From NCBI GenBank assembly GCA_022601535.1, contig JAJACK010000001.1:809170-873169 (forward strand): a DNA stretch of 64,000 bases. Reading direction: 5' to 3'. Source of the stretch: Chlamydiales bacterium. Lineage in GTDB: Bacteria > Chlamydiota > Chlamydiia > Chlamydiales > JAAKFR01. This document shows positions 18,587 to 29,054 of the stretch, in pieces. The notes below the pieces were generated by a model. The model had not been told where the DNA came from. It saw nothing but the letters and a program-made list of their open reading frames with translations, and did no database searches. The translations under genes were made by a program, and so were the position numbers. The number at the start of each line of letters is the position of its first letter. The stretch's first letter is position 1.

Positions 18587-20161
18587 ATGGATCAACAGAC
18601 AACACAGCACCAGCCTAAGCTCACACCGCTTCAAACCTTTGTTCAACAGTTTGAGCAGATTGAGCAGGTGGAAGAAAAACTCTCAACCTGTATCGAGTTC
18701 ATGAGAGCTGCTCTTTCTAAAGAACAATCTCCCGATTTTAAAGGATTTTGGGAAGTGCGCAAAATCTGTTTTCCCCTATTTAAAGAACCGCTCTCTTCTC
18801 ACATCCGATCTGAAATGTGGAATCAGTATATCGAATTGACACGGGAAGGGCGTCAACTCAAAAATATGCTCGATGAAGAGAGTTCGTTTGCAGTCGAACA
18901 AATCGATCTTGCCATTGCTGCTCTTGAAAAAGAGGTTGAAGACCCTCAATCGGTCTCTTTAAAAATGCCAAAACAGCCCAAAGCGCTCGATGGCCGCTTC
19001 TCCCTGTATGAAAATCTTCAAAAAGAGCTCGCTGGACTCAATGTTTTTGCAACACGGATCAACGCTCTGCGCAAAGAGTTGATCAAAACAGAAATGCGCA
19101 TCCGACATAAGAATAAATTTTTTCAACGTCTCTCCGTATTGGGAGATCGAATTTTCCCCCGTCGAAAGGAATTGATCAAAGAGCTGAGTGAAACATTTAC
19201 AGGTGATGTTGAAACCTTTATGGAAGCCCATTTCTCTGAAAAGAACTTTTGCGAGGAAAATGCTCGTCGCTCAGTCTTTTTCTTTCGTGAAGAGATTAAA
19301 TCACTGCAAGCTTTGGCAAAACATCTGACGATCAATACACAAGCCTTCACATCGACTCGGCACCAGCTAAGTGAATGTTGGGATATGTTACGCGGACTGG
19401 AAAAAGAGTTGAAAAAAGAGCATGTTCACCTCAAACAAAAGTCTCATGAAAATACGACAGAAGCGCTCGAACAGATCAAAAAGATTACAGATCGATTTAC
19501 AGAAGGGGAGCTCCCCTATTCAGAAGGTCTAAATGAGCTCAAAGAAGTAGCCCATTGGATGCGTAAAGTTGAATTGACAAAAGGAGATGTTCATCAACTA
19601 AAAGAGGCGTTGAAAGAGGCGCGTGCGCCGATGGAAGCTCTGCTAGATGAAGAGTTGCGTGAGCAAAAAGAGAGAGCAGATGAGGTTGAGCGAGAAAGGA
19701 AAGAGAAAGTCGAAGCGTTCAAAAACAAACTGACAGCTTTACAAGAAGAGATCAAGACTGAAACCATCGAAGCTTTGCAAGGCAAGCTAGAAGCTATCAA
19801 GAGCGCTTTCATAACCTTATCCATGACCAAGGCCGAAAGGCAGATCTTCGACCGAATGATCAAAGATCTTCGAGAGCAAATGATAGACAAAGAAGAGGCA
19901 GCAATCTTAGCTCTTCCCGATGATGCAAAGGAGCAATTAGATGCCCTACAAGCAATGCTTGTGCAGCGGCTCGAGAAACGGAAAGAAGTTAAGAAACAAA
20001 TTGAAGAATTCCGGCAGGTCATCGGAGGATCAAATCTTGACTTTGAGAGTGCAATGAAGTATAATGAACTGATGGTACTTGAGAAGAAAAGTCTTGAAAA
20101 AACAGATCTCAGTATCATGGAAATTGAGAAAAAAATCAAAGACATCAAGAATCAAAATTAA
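18587..20161 (+). CDS. Conserved chlamydial coiled-coil hypothetical protein
   Basis: 524-aa charged helical protein in the syntenic position between mqnC and rsfS. Confidence 0.8.
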   Translation: MDQQTTQHQPKLTPLQTFVQQFEQIEQVEEKLSTCIEFMRAALSKEQSPDFKGFWEVRKICFPLFKEPLSSHIRSEMWNQYIELTREGRQLKNMLDEESSFAVEQIDLAIAALEKEVEDPQSVSLKMPKQPKALDGRFSLYENLQKELAGLNVFATRINALRKELIKTEMRIRHKNKFFQRLSVLGDRIFPRRKELIKELSETFTGDVETFMEAHFSEKNFCEENARRSVFFFREEIKSLQALAKHLTINTQAFTSTRHQLSECWDMLRGLEKELKKEHVHLKQKSHENTTEALEQIKKITDRFTEGELPYSEGLNELKEVAHWMRKVELTKGDVHQLKEALKEARAPMEALLDEELREQKERADEVERERKEKVEAFKNKLTALQEEIKTETIEALQGKLEAIKSAFITLSMTKAERQIFDRMIKDLREQMIDKEEAAILALPDDAKEQLDALQAMLVQRLEKRKEVKKQIEEFRQVIGGSNLDFESAMKYNELMVLEKKSLEKTDLSIMEIEKKIKDIKNQN

Positions 20162-20804
20162 AAATACAACCTCTCCATCAGTTGTTGCATTCGATTTGGA
20201 CGGAACCCTCCTAAAAGGGAATAGTAGCTTCGCGCTTGCACGCTATCTCTACCAAAAAGGGGTGTTTACCTTTGCAGATTTTCTCTGTTGCTTTAAGACA
20301 TACATCACTTCCTGGTATCAACATCTTCCTTTAATCGACCTCCATAAGAAGGCATTTTCTAGGTTTTTTAAAGGAAAGACATTAGAAGAGTATTCGAATC
20401 ACGCTTCAAACTTTGTAGCGGCAAAAGTGAGCCACATGCTCTATGCCCCTGCAATGGCTGAACTCCAGAAGTGGAAAGATGCAGGCGCAAAAATCGTCCT
20501 TCTCTCGAGCTCTCCCGATTTTTTGGTTCAAGCCATTGCAAAGGTTCTTGGAATTACCAATGTATTTGGCACCCCTTATCTCGTAGATAGCCAGGGAATA
20601 TTGACTGATATTGACTATCTCCTAGATGGAAGAATGAAAGCACACCTCCTCAATAATGAGGTGAATTCAGATGATGTAACAATGGCCTATTCCGACCATT
20701 TCCATGATCTTGCCTTTCTTGAATCTGTCTCCTGTCCTGTTGTTGTCAATCCAGAGAGACGTTTGAAGAGAATTGCGAGGAAACGGGGATGGAAGATCCT
20801 TTAA
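20079..20804 (+). CDS. HAD-IB family hydrolase (SerB-like); start uncertain (TTG 20079 or 20124)
   Basis: AFDLDGTL (motif I), LSSS (II), K (III), AYSDHFHD (IV), VVNP. Confidence 0.85.
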   Translation: MRRKVLKKQISVSWKLRKKSKTSRIKIKNTTSPSVVAFDLDGTLLKGNSSFALARYLYQKGVFTFADFLCCFKTYITSWYQHLPLIDLHKKAFSRFFKGKTLEEYSNHASNFVAAKVSHMLYAPAMAELQKWKDAGAKIVLLSSSPDFLVQAIAKVLGITNVFGTPYLVDSQGILTDIDYLLDGRMKAHLLNNEVNSDDVTMAYSDHFHDLAFLESVSCPVVVNPERRLKRIARKRGWKIL

Positions 20805-21349
20805 TCGGTCTATTTGGGGGAACCTTTGACCCGATCCATTTTGGCCATCTCAACCTTGCCCTTGAAATCAAAGAAAAATGTGGTTTGAGCGAAGTGTGGT
20901 TTATCCCAAGTCACACCTCTCCCTTCAAACAAGACAAAAATGGACAAAATGCCCCTCTTGACCGTCTAGAGATGGTAAAAAGAGCTCTTGAAGAGGTTCC
21001 CGGTTGCTTTTGTCTCGATATTGAGGTCAAACGACCACCCCCTTCCTATACGATTGAGACGATTGAAGAGTTGGAAAAAGAGTATCCCAATAAAAAATTT
21101 GCCCTTATTTTGAGCGATGAGACCTATGCTCATTTCTCCTCCTGGAAAGAGGGAGAGAAAATCAAGAAAAAAGTAAAAATTTTAGTGGGAAATCGAACAG
21201 CGACTAAAGGGGCAGTTTCGACAGCAGTGATGGAAATTTCATCGACAGAAATTCGGCACCGGCTCAAAAAAAAGCTTTATTGCGGCCACTTGGTCCCTGG
21301 AAAAGTGCTCGACTTTATAGATGAAAATAACTTATACTTCATTCCTTGA
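20789..21349 (+). CDS. nadD: Nicotinate-nucleotide adenylyltransferase
   Basis: FGGTFDPIHFGH, SYTIET and ISSTEIR motifs. Confidence 0.93.
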   Translation: MEDPLIGLFGGTFDPIHFGHLNLALEIKEKCGLSEVWFIPSHTSPFKQDKNGQNAPLDRLEMVKRALEEVPGCFCLDIEVKRPPPSYTIETIEELEKEYPNKKFALILSDETYAHFSSWKEGEKIKKKVKILVGNRTATKGAVSTAVMEISSTEIRHRLKKKLYCGHLVPGKVLDFIDENNLYFIP

Positions 21350-21352
21350 ATA

Positions 21353-21724
21353 ATGAAAGATAACGATTCTCTAAAGCTCTTAAACCACATTGCCCAAATC
21401 CTTTTCGACAAAAAAGGGTTTAATATTTTGGGCTTAGATGTGCGAGAAGTCTCAACATTGACAGACTATTTCGTGATTGCAGAAGGGAATGTCGATAAGC
21501 ATGTCACCGCCCTTGCAAAAGAGGTGATGGAACTCTTAAAAAAGAAAGATGGGATGACACCAATTCACGTTGAAGGACTGGGTTCTGGCGATTGGGTTGT
21601 CATCGACTATATGAATATTGTCGTCCACCTTTTCATGCCAGGGATTCGAGAGAGATACCAACTCGAAAAGCTGTGGCACGAAGGAGAGGTGGTTGATCTC
21701 GAGATAGAGGTGATCAATGGATAA
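21353..21724 (+). CDS. rsfS: Ribosome silencing factor
   Basis: DKKG, TDYFVIA, EG...WVVIDY..IVVHLF and RYQLEKLW motifs. Confidence 0.95.
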   Translation: MKDNDSLKLLNHIAQILFDKKGFNILGLDVREVSTLTDYFVIAEGNVDKHVTALAKEVMELLKKKDGMTPIHVEGLGSGDWVVIDYMNIVVHLFMPGIRERYQLEKLWHEGEVVDLEIEVING

Positions 21725-22967
21725 GAAAAAGCGGATTGTTGTCACTGGAATGGGAGTTGTTTCCTGTTTTGGAAATGATGTAGATACCTTTTATAACACT
21801 CTTTTAGAGGGGAAATCTGGTGTGACCACACTTGATTTCGCTCTCGATGAATATCCCACACGGATTGGTGCGCCTGTTCCCGATTTTGATGTGGGGGATT
21901 ATCTCGATAAGAAATTGAACCGCCGTGTTGATCCTTGTATCCGTTTTGCTCTAGTTGCTGGAAAAAAAGCGCTTGAAAATGCCAACCTCTACGACAAGCT
22001 CGATACTTTAGATAAAGATCGATGTGGAATTATCATTGGTTCAGGAATGGGGGGATTATCCACCTTCTATGAAGGAACAAAAGCTTTAATCACGCAGGGA
22101 CACCGTCGCCTCTCTCCTTTCTTTATCCCATTTATCATCACAAATATGGCTGGCGGGCTTCTTGCAATTGACGTGGGATTTAAAGGGCCAAACTATTCTA
22201 TATCTACAGCTTGTGCAACAGGGAACTATAGTATTGCAGCTGCTGCTAATCACATTCGGATGGGGCACGCTGATCTTATGGTTTGTGGTGGCGCAGAAGC
22301 AGCTGTTTCGCCGATTGGTCTTGTTGGATTTATTGCAAATAAAGCGTTATCGACACGCAATGATGAGCCGGCAAAAGCGTGTCGTCCATGGGATCGTGGG
22401 CGAGATGGTTTTGTCATAGGAGAGGGTGCTGGGACATTGATCTTAGAAAGTTTAGAGCATGCTGAAAAGAGGGGAGCTCCAATTCTTGCTGAATACCTAG
22501 GTGGTGCGATCAATTGTGATGCATATCATATGACAGCTCCTCATGCTGAAGGGATTGGAATTTCTGACTGTATTGAACTTGCTCTTAAAGATGCAGGAGT
22601 TAACAAGAGTGAAGTGAATTACGTCAATGCACATGCGACATCAACTCCGATGGGAGACATGTCTGAACCAAGAGCATTATCAACTGTTTTTGGAAAAGAT
22701 GTTTCAAAGCTCAAAATGAATTCAACCAAATCGATGATTGGCCACGCATTGGGCGCAGCTGGAGGAATTGAAGCGATTGCAACGATTATGGCGATTCGGA
22801 CAGGAAAACTCCATCCGACGATCAATAGTGACGATCCAGAGCCTGATCTAAACGGGATTGACATTGTTCCAAACAAAGCACAAGATTATAAGGTGAATGT
22901 CGCTCTATCCAACTCATTTGGATTTGGTGGCCACAACTCAGTTCTTGTCTTCAAAGCATTTGAATAG
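21717..22967 (+). CDS. fabF: 3-oxoacyl-ACP synthase II
   Basis: RIVVTGMG, catalytic TACATG, NAHATST, GHALGAAG and SNSFGFGGHN. Confidence 0.97.
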   Translation: MDKKKRIVVTGMGVVSCFGNDVDTFYNTLLEGKSGVTTLDFALDEYPTRIGAPVPDFDVGDYLDKKLNRRVDPCIRFALVAGKKALENANLYDKLDTLDKDRCGIIIGSGMGGLSTFYEGTKALITQGHRRLSPFFIPFIITNMAGGLLAIDVGFKGPNYSISTACATGNYSIAAAANHIRMGHADLMVCGGAEAAVSPIGLVGFIANKALSTRNDEPAKACRPWDRGRDGFVIGEGAGTLILESLEHAEKRGAPILAEYLGGAINCDAYHMTAPHAEGIGISDCIELALKDAGVNKSEVNYVNAHATSTPMGDMSEPRALSTVFGKDVSKLKMNSTKSMIGHALGAAGGIEAIATIMAIRTGKLHPTINSDDPEPDLNGIDIVPNKAQDYKVNVALSNSFGFGGHNSVLVFKAFE

Positions 22968-22989
22968 AAAGTCAGCTCTATATGTTTCT

Positions 22990-23337
22990 TCATCTTTGGG
23001 TCTTATCGACATTAAGCGGCCTTCCGAGTCGCTTTTCGGTTGTTTCTCTAAGGGCTGCTGTAGCAATGGCTACGACTAAACCGACAAAGACTAGGCCAAT
23101 AAATCCGATCCCAATAGAGAAGATTTTACCAATCATCGATTGGGGTGTGAGGTCTCCATAGCCGATGGTAAGAGCTGTGATAAGGCACATGTAGAGTGTT
23201 TCAAAATAGCTCATCGCCTCAAAAGGGTAGATGATGACCGAGCAGATAAGGAGAATAAGAAGAAGGGTTAACATCACTCCTCTTACAATCCAAAATGCTT
23301 TTGCAAATCCAATAACAAAATACTTAAAATCCCTCAT
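22990..23337 (-). CDS. Minimal two-TM potassium channel (KcsA-like, Ion_trans_2)
   Basis: TM1, pore helix, selectivity filter LTIGYGD, TM2; ATG 23337 or TTG 23355. Confidence 0.85.
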   Translation of the reverse strand: MRDFKYFVIGFAKAFWIVRGVMLTLLLILLICSVIIYPFEAMSYFETLYMCLITALTIGYGDLTPQSMIGKIFSIGIGFIGLVFVGLVVAIATAALRETTEKRLGRPLNVDKTQR

Positions 23338-23383
23338 AAATATCAATTCATACAAAAAAAAGAATTTTTGTTATAGGGAAGAG

Positions 23384-24463
23384 ATGAGAATATGTCTTTT
23401 TCTTTTATTATTGGTCAGTTGTGTAAGTGAGGTAAAATCACCGGTGATCCGTCCTATTAGGGCGATGCAACTTGAAGAGAAGAGTGTAGCAAGACTTCAC
23501 CTTTTCCCTGGAAGAACGCGTGCTGTAGGAAGAGTGAACCTTTCATTTCGTGTTTCAGGTCCTCTTGTGAAACGACCAGTTAAGGTTGGAGATGAGGTTG
23601 TCAAAGGGCAGCTACTTGCACAGATCGATCCTAGAGATTTTCAAGTAAAAGTTGAAAATGCTGTCGGCAAGGTAGATCAGGCGATGGCAAACCTTCGTTT
23701 TGCTGAAAGTGATTATCAACGATCGATGAATATCTACCGTGAAGATCCAGGGGCAATTAGCGAAAGTTTTTTAGACCGTAAAAAAGAAGATGTGGGAAAA
23801 TTAAAGGGTGAGGTGAGGTTTCTTGAAGCCGATTTAGAAGCTGCATACGATGAGCTTGGCTACACCTATATGCGCTCTCCTTTTAAAGGGATTGTTGTTG
23901 CAACATTTGTGGAAAATTACGAGTATGTTGAAGCTAAACAGCCGATTATCAGGCTTTTGAATCAGTCACAAATTGAAATGCTCATCGATGTGCCAGAAGG
24001 GTTGATTGCACAGATTCCTTCGGTAGAAGAGCTCTATGTTGAGATTGATGCCTATCCGGGGAAAAAATTTCCAGCACAGGTGAAAGAGATTGGAACTGAA
24101 GCTTCCATCACAACACGCACCTATCCTGTCACCCTTATCATTGATCAGCCCGATGAGGAGACGATTTTTTCTGGAATGGCGGGACGTGCCACTTTGATCG
24201 ATTCAAAAGATAAGAGATTTAGCGAAAAAGGGTACTTAGTTCCTTCATCGGCGATCTTGACAGACCCCTCTCTTGACCAATCATTTGTTTGGATCTTTGA
24301 AGGAGACCGTGTGACAAAAAGAGAGGTGGAAGTTGGGCAGTTGAGCTCGGATGGAATCCTTCTAACCGATGGCGTTTCAACAGGAGAGTGGGTCGTCATT
24401 TCGGGGGTCAATTCTCTGCAAGAAGGAGAAGAGGTCACACTATTTGACGAGGATACTCCATGA
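23384..24463 (+). CDS. RND efflux periplasmic adaptor (MFP) lipoprotein
   Basis: Lipobox LVSC; LSFRVSG...VKVGDEVVKGQLLAQID; SPFKG; TRTYPV; ATG 23384 chosen. Confidence 0.92.
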   Translation: MRICLFLLLLVSCVSEVKSPVIRPIRAMQLEEKSVARLHLFPGRTRAVGRVNLSFRVSGPLVKRPVKVGDEVVKGQLLAQIDPRDFQVKVENAVGKVDQAMANLRFAESDYQRSMNIYREDPGAISESFLDRKKEDVGKLKGEVRFLEADLEAAYDELGYTYMRSPFKGIVVATFVENYEYVEAKQPIIRLLNQSQIEMLIDVPEGLIAQIPSVEELYVEIDAYPGKKFPAQVKEIGTEASITTRTYPVTLIIDQPDEETIFSGMAGRATLIDSKDKRFSEKGYLVPSSAILTDPSLDQSFVWIFEGDRVTKREVEVGQLSSDGILLTDGVSTGEWVVISGVNSLQEGEEVTLFDEDTP

Positions 24464-27400
24464 AATCGATCGTAGCCTATGCTCTTTCGCATCGGACGGT
24501 GATCTATTTTTTTGCGCTTCTTTTATTGATCGGAGGGGTTGTAAGTTTTGGTACGCTTGGCCAACTTGAAGATCCGGTCTTTACAGTGAAAAAAGCTGTG
24601 ATTATCACCAAGTATCCAGGGGCGAGTCCAAAAGAGGTGGAGCTTGAAGTTACCGACCGGATTGAAACAGCGCTTCAAGAGTTGCCCCAGCTCAAACACC
24701 TCTATTCGATTTCAAGAGCTGGGGAATCGATCATTGAAGTGGATATCAAAGAGCAATTTTGGTCAGACCGCCTCCCCCAAGTTTGGGATGAGGTGAGAAG
24801 AAAAGTGAATGATGTAGCACCAAAACTTCCTCCTGGAGCGGGAAAACCTTTGGTTGGGGATGATTTTGGCTTTGTCTATGGATTTCTGCTCGCATTGACA
24901 GGTGATGGTTACTCCTACGGGGAGCTTGAAGAGTATGGGAAGATTGTTAAAAAAGAGCTCAGCCTCGTTAAAGATGTCTCGCGTGTTGAACTTTGGGGTG
25001 TGCAGCCTAAAGTGGTCTATCTCGATATTTCAGAGTCTCAATTGGCTGCATTGAAATTAACGGCAGAGACGATCAGCCACACATTGCAAAAACAGAATAT
25101 GGTGGTCAACTCTGGATTTGTTGATGATGACACCAACCGTTTTCGGATTGAACCAACAGGAGAATTTAAGAGCCCTGAAGAGATTGGAGAGTTGATCTTG
25201 CGCCCCTCTCCTAATGATATGATCACCAATATTCTCAATGTATCGCAAGAAAAACCGATTGATCTTGAGGGGTTTGAACGAGCTCTTGAAGCAGAGAGTA
25301 CAAATGTTATTCAAGTGAAAGATATTGCAACTGTTCGTCCAGGCTATCTCGATCCTCCCATGACAATGATGCGGTTTGATGGGAAGCCTGCAATTGGAAT
25401 TCAAATCGCAGGTTCTGATGAAGCAAATATTGTAACTGTGGGGGGAGACCTCTATGAACGTCTCTCTTATTTAGTAGAACACCTTCCTATTGGGTTGGAT
25501 CTTCATAAAGTTGCTTGGCAAGCAGATCTCGTTGACGATGCGGTCAATGGTTTTTTATGGAGTCTTTTGCTCGCTGTGATCATCGTCCTGGTTGTTTTGA
25601 TTATTCCAAGTGGGTTGCGGATGGGAACTATCATTGGAAGTAACTTATTTCTTACGATTTTAGGAACCTTCATCTATATGTCTATCTACAATATCCCTCT
25701 TCAAAGAATGTCACTTGGAGCATTGATCATTGCTCTTGGGATGATGGTAGATAATTCGATTGTGGTTGCTGATGCAATTGCTGTGAAGATCCGTTTAGGG
25801 TTAGATCGAAAACGGGCTGCAATTGAAGGGGCTTGTTCAAATGCGTGGCCTCTTCTCTCCGCCACATTGATTGCAACCTTTGCTTTCTATCCTATTTTTG
25901 CCTCTTCAGAAGATGCGGGAGAGTATTGTCGGACTCTCTATATTGTCGTTGCTGTCTCCTTGATCCTCAGTTGGATCATTGCGATGCTCGTCACACCTTT
26001 GCAGTGCATTGATTTTCTTCCCGAGGGTAAAGGGAGTGGGGAAGAAGAGTTTCAAACACCCCTTTTCCAATTTTTCAGAAAGGTGATTGGCAAACTGATC
26101 CGCGTGCGAGGTTTAACGATGATTGTCCTTATTGGACTGCTTGTTTTATCTGGTGTTGGTTTTCAATTTGTGAGGCAGCTCTTTTTCCCAGATTCTACCC
26201 GCCCTCAGTTGATGATCGACTATTGGGGGCCTGAAGGGGGGCGAATTCAAGATGTCTCTGCAGTTGCAAGTGTTTTAGAAAAAGAGGCAATGAAACAAGC
26301 CGGTGTGGAGAGTGTCACAAGCTTTATTGGAGCTGGGCCTCCCCGTTTTTATCTCCCAGTTGATCCTGAAAAACAGTATCAAAGCTATGCGCAATTGATC
26401 ATCAATTTCGAAAATTTTAAGGAAGTAGACTCTTTCATTGCGACTTTCAAACCGTGGGTTGAAGAAACCGTGACAGATGGAATGGTGCGCTTCCGTAAAT
26501 ATGGTGTTGGTCCAGGGGATGCGTGGAAATTTGAGTTGAGGATCAGTGGTCCAGGAGAAGCAGATCTCACGACGCTTAGAGAACTTGGAGAGCAGGTGAT
26601 GGCTATTGGAGAGAGATCGGAGTATGGCACCGATTGGAGGCTTGATATGCGGAATCCTGTTTTGAAGGTGATTCCACAGTTTGATCAAAAGCGGGGGCGG
26701 TGGTCAAGTGTGACAAGAGAAGATTTAGCCAATGCGACCCTTCGTGCTTATGAAGGACGAGAAGTTGGGCTTTACCGCGAAGGAGATACCCTCTATCCAA
26801 TTGTATTGAGAAATATTGAAAGTGAGCGGGAAGATTTACTCTCAAGCATGGATATGTTGCAGATCAAACCGACAGAATCGACTAAAACAGTCCCGCTTGC
26901 CCAAGTTGCAAACAAAGTCTCTACAAAATGGGAAGATCCGCTGATCACTCGCTGGGATCGAAGAAGAGCAGTCGCTGTGCAAGCATCTCCTAAACTTGGA
27001 GCAACATTTCCAGAGTTAAAAAAGAGTATTAAAAAGGAGATCGAAGCGGTAGATCTCCCTCCGGGATACGAATTTTTCTGGGATGGAGAGGAGGATAGCT
27101 CCACTTCAGCCCAAAAATCACTTATTCCAGGAATTATTCCCGCAATCGTACTCATCCTTTTCTTGCTCATCTCTGTTTTCAATGCCTCTCGCCCTGTGAT
27201 CATCATTCTTTTGACAATTCCTTTTGCAATAATTGGTGTGACAGCCGGCTTATTGATTTTCAATATTCCCTTTGGGTTTATGGCACTTCTCGGTGCAATG
27301 AGCCTAGCTGGTATGATGAACAAAAATATCGTTGTTTTGCTCGATGCAGCAGCCTTAAATGTTTCTCAAGGGATGAGCCGCCATAGAGCAATCACAGAAG

Positions 27401-27597
27401 CGGCCGTCTGTCGAGCACGCCCAGTATTGCTTGCAGCTGGCACAACGATTTTAGGAGTGATTCCTCTTCTCCCCGACGTATTTTGGGTCTCTATGGCTGT
27501 GACAATTATGGCGGGATTGGCATTTGGCTCATTACTCACTTTGATCGCAGTTCCTGTGCTCTATTCAATCTTCTACAAGGATGTTTCAGAGAAATGA
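24460..27597 (+). CDS. RND efflux permease (AcrB/AcrD/AcrF family)
   Basis: 1045 aa; YPGASP, TM4 GMMVDNSIVV, TM10 KN, TM11 RARPV; two large periplasmic loops. Confidence 0.95.
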   Translation: MKSIVAYALSHRTVIYFFALLLLIGGVVSFGTLGQLEDPVFTVKKAVIITKYPGASPKEVELEVTDRIETALQELPQLKHLYSISRAGESIIEVDIKEQFWSDRLPQVWDEVRRKVNDVAPKLPPGAGKPLVGDDFGFVYGFLLALTGDGYSYGELEEYGKIVKKELSLVKDVSRVELWGVQPKVVYLDISESQLAALKLTAETISHTLQKQNMVVNSGFVDDDTNRFRIEPTGEFKSPEEIGELILRPSPNDMITNILNVSQEKPIDLEGFERALEAESTNVIQVKDIATVRPGYLDPPMTMMRFDGKPAIGIQIAGSDEANIVTVGGDLYERLSYLVEHLPIGLDLHKVAWQADLVDDAVNGFLWSLLLAVIIVLVVLIIPSGLRMGTIIGSNLFLTILGTFIYMSIYNIPLQRMSLGALIIALGMMVDNSIVVADAIAVKIRLGLDRKRAAIEGACSNAWPLLSATLIATFAFYPIFASSEDAGEYCRTLYIVVAVSLILSWIIAMLVTPLQCIDFLPEGKGSGEEEFQTPLFQFFRKVIGKLIRVRGLTMIVLIGLLVLSGVGFQFVRQLFFPDSTRPQLMIDYWGPEGGRIQDVSAVASVLEKEAMKQAGVESVTSFIGAGPPRFYLPVDPEKQYQSYAQLIINFENFKEVDSFIATFKPWVEETVTDGMVRFRKYGVGPGDAWKFELRISGPGEADLTTLRELGEQVMAIGERSEYGTDWRLDMRNPVLKVIPQFDQKRGRWSSVTREDLANATLRAYEGREVGLYREGDTLYPIVLRNIESEREDLLSSMDMLQIKPTESTKTVPLAQVANKVSTKWEDPLITRWDRRRAVAVQASPKLGATFPELKKSIKKEIEAVDLPPGYEFFWDGEEDSSTSAQKSLIPGIIPAIVLILFLLISVFNASRPVIIILLTIPFAIIGVTAGLLIFNIPFGFMALLGAMSLAGMMNKNIVVLLDAAALNVSQGMSRHRAITEAAVCRARPVLLAAGTTILGVIPLLPDVFWVSMAVTIMAGLAFGSLLTLIAVPVLYSIFYKDVSEK

Positions 27598-29054
27598 AAA
27601 AACTTCTTATTTTGACCCTTTTTTTGACAGGCTGTCTCAAGGTTGGACCCAACTACAAACCCCCTGAGGCTCCAATTCAAACCGCTTGGAAAGGAGGGGA
27701 AGTTGAAGAGCCACTCGACCAATGGTGGACTGTTTTTAAAGATACACAGCTAGAGGAGCTAATCTATTTTGCTCGTAAACAAAACCTCTCCCTTAAGATT
27801 GCAGCATGGCGTGTGATTCAAGCTCGCGCTTTACTGGGCATTGCCGTGGGAGAATTTTTCCCGCAAACACAGGAGATTGTAGGAGATGTTGATCGGGTTA
27901 AAATCAGTAAAAATGCTCCCAATAGTCGAGTGATCGACCGTCTTTATTGGAACTTCGATTTAGCTTTAGACATCGCATGGGAGCTCGATTTTTGGGGAAA
28001 ATTTCGTCGTGTGATTGAGTCGGCAGAAGAAGACCTTCTTGTCACCGAAGCTGATTACAACGACGCACTTGTCATTTTATTAGGAGATGTCGCTTCAACT
28101 TATATTGAGATTCGAACCATTGAGGAGAGAATCGCTATTTTAGAGAGAAATGTCGCTGTTCAAAAACGGAGTTTGGAAATTGTTCAAGCACGTTTTAGAG
28201 CAGGAATGGTGACAGAACTCGATGTACAGCAAGCAAAAACCTTGCTTTTTACAACAAGAGCCCGCCTTCCAATACTCTTAGCTGAGCTCGAAGTTGGGAA
28301 AAATGCCCTCGCCACACTCCTCGGAGTGACTCCGAGTGAAACAGAGCACTATCTCACACGATCAGGAGCGATTCCCCAAGCACCGACAACCATTGCTGTT
28401 GGTATTCCTTGCACACTACTTTGCAGGCGCCCTGATATTCGTGCAGCGTATCATCGCGCTGGAGCGCAAAGTGCACGTATTGGGGTGGCCGTCGCAGAGC
28501 TACTTCCAAGTATTTCACTTACAGGATTTTTTGGTCTTGAAACCACAGGAGATACGACAAGCGATAAAGTTGCTGGTAACAAAAAAATGTTCTCATCTGA
28601 TAGTTGGACTTACACCTATGGAGGAGGGTTTCGTTGGCCTATCCTCAATTACGGTCGGTTGACAAGTCGGGTGAAGGCTGAAAAGGCTCTTTTCTACCAA
28701 TCTGTTTTTGCCTATCAAAATGCCATTTTATTTGCTTATCAAGAAGTAGAAGATGCTCTGGCTAACTACACTCAATCGCTGAAACAGACAGAGGAGTTGG
28801 AAAAAAGTGCAAAGGCCGCGAGGAGAGCGACCCAACTATCTCGCACACAGTATGTCGAAGGAATTGCCGACTACACAAGAGTGCTCAATACAGAAGAAGC
28901 CGTTGTTGAACAAGAAGAGAGGCTCGCAATTGCCCGCGGAAACATTGCATTGAGTTTAGTTGCAACCTACCGAGCTTTAGGTGGGGGGTGGTACTGTGAT
29001 TTATCCGCTACGCCGAAAAACCCCGTCCTTCAGGCCGGAGATGTAGGAGCGTGA
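27594..29054 (+). CDS. NodT/OprM-type outer membrane efflux lipoprotein
   Basis: Lipobox LTGC then VGPNY; WELDFWG, RRPDI and ALGGGW motifs; ATG 27594 overlaps the permease stop. Confidence 0.93.
   Translation: MKKLLILTLFLTGCLKVGPNYKPPEAPIQTAWKGGEVEEPLDQWWTVFKDTQLEELIYFARKQNLSLKIAAWRVIQARALLGIAVGEFFPQTQEIVGDVDRVKISKNAPNSRVIDRLYWNFDLALDIAWELDFWGKFRRVIESAEEDLLVTEADYNDALVILLGDVASTYIEIRTIEERIAILERNVAVQKRSLEIVQARFRAGMVTELDVQQAKTLLFTTRARLPILLAELEVGKNALATLLGVTPSETEHYLTRSGAIPQAPTTIAVGIPCTLLCRRPDIRAAYHRAGAQSARIGVAVAELLPSISLTGFFGLETTGDTTSDKVAGNKKMFSSDSWTYTYGGGFRWPILNYGRLTSRVKAEKALFYQSVFAYQNAILFAYQEVEDALANYTQSLKQTEELEKSAKAARRATQLSRTQYVEGIADYTRVLNTEEAVVEQEERLAIARGNIALSLVATYRALGGGWYCDLSATPKNPVLQAGDVGA
29005..29053. 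mobile_element. IS200/IS605-family end hairpin remnant (no transposase nearby)
   Basis: TTTAT followed by CCGCTACGCC-GAAAAA-CCCCGTCCTTCAGGCCGGAG-ATGTA-GGAGCGT, an imperfect hairpin resembling the recalled IS605 subterminal palindrome AACCCCGTCCTTCAGGGCGGGG. Confidence 0.6.

Noticed and set aside
18039-18704. Long antisense or alternate-frame ORFs (also 19594-20148, 26793-27323, 38088-38714, 58155-58709)
   Set aside because: They lie opposite or inside well-supported genes and show no recognisable motifs, so they are treated as shadow ORFs
20079-20161. Programmed frameshift fusing the coiled-coil protein to the HAD hydrolase
   Set aside because: A-runs are present, but in-frame TTG codons (20079, 20124) give a simpler start and no stimulatory structure is evident
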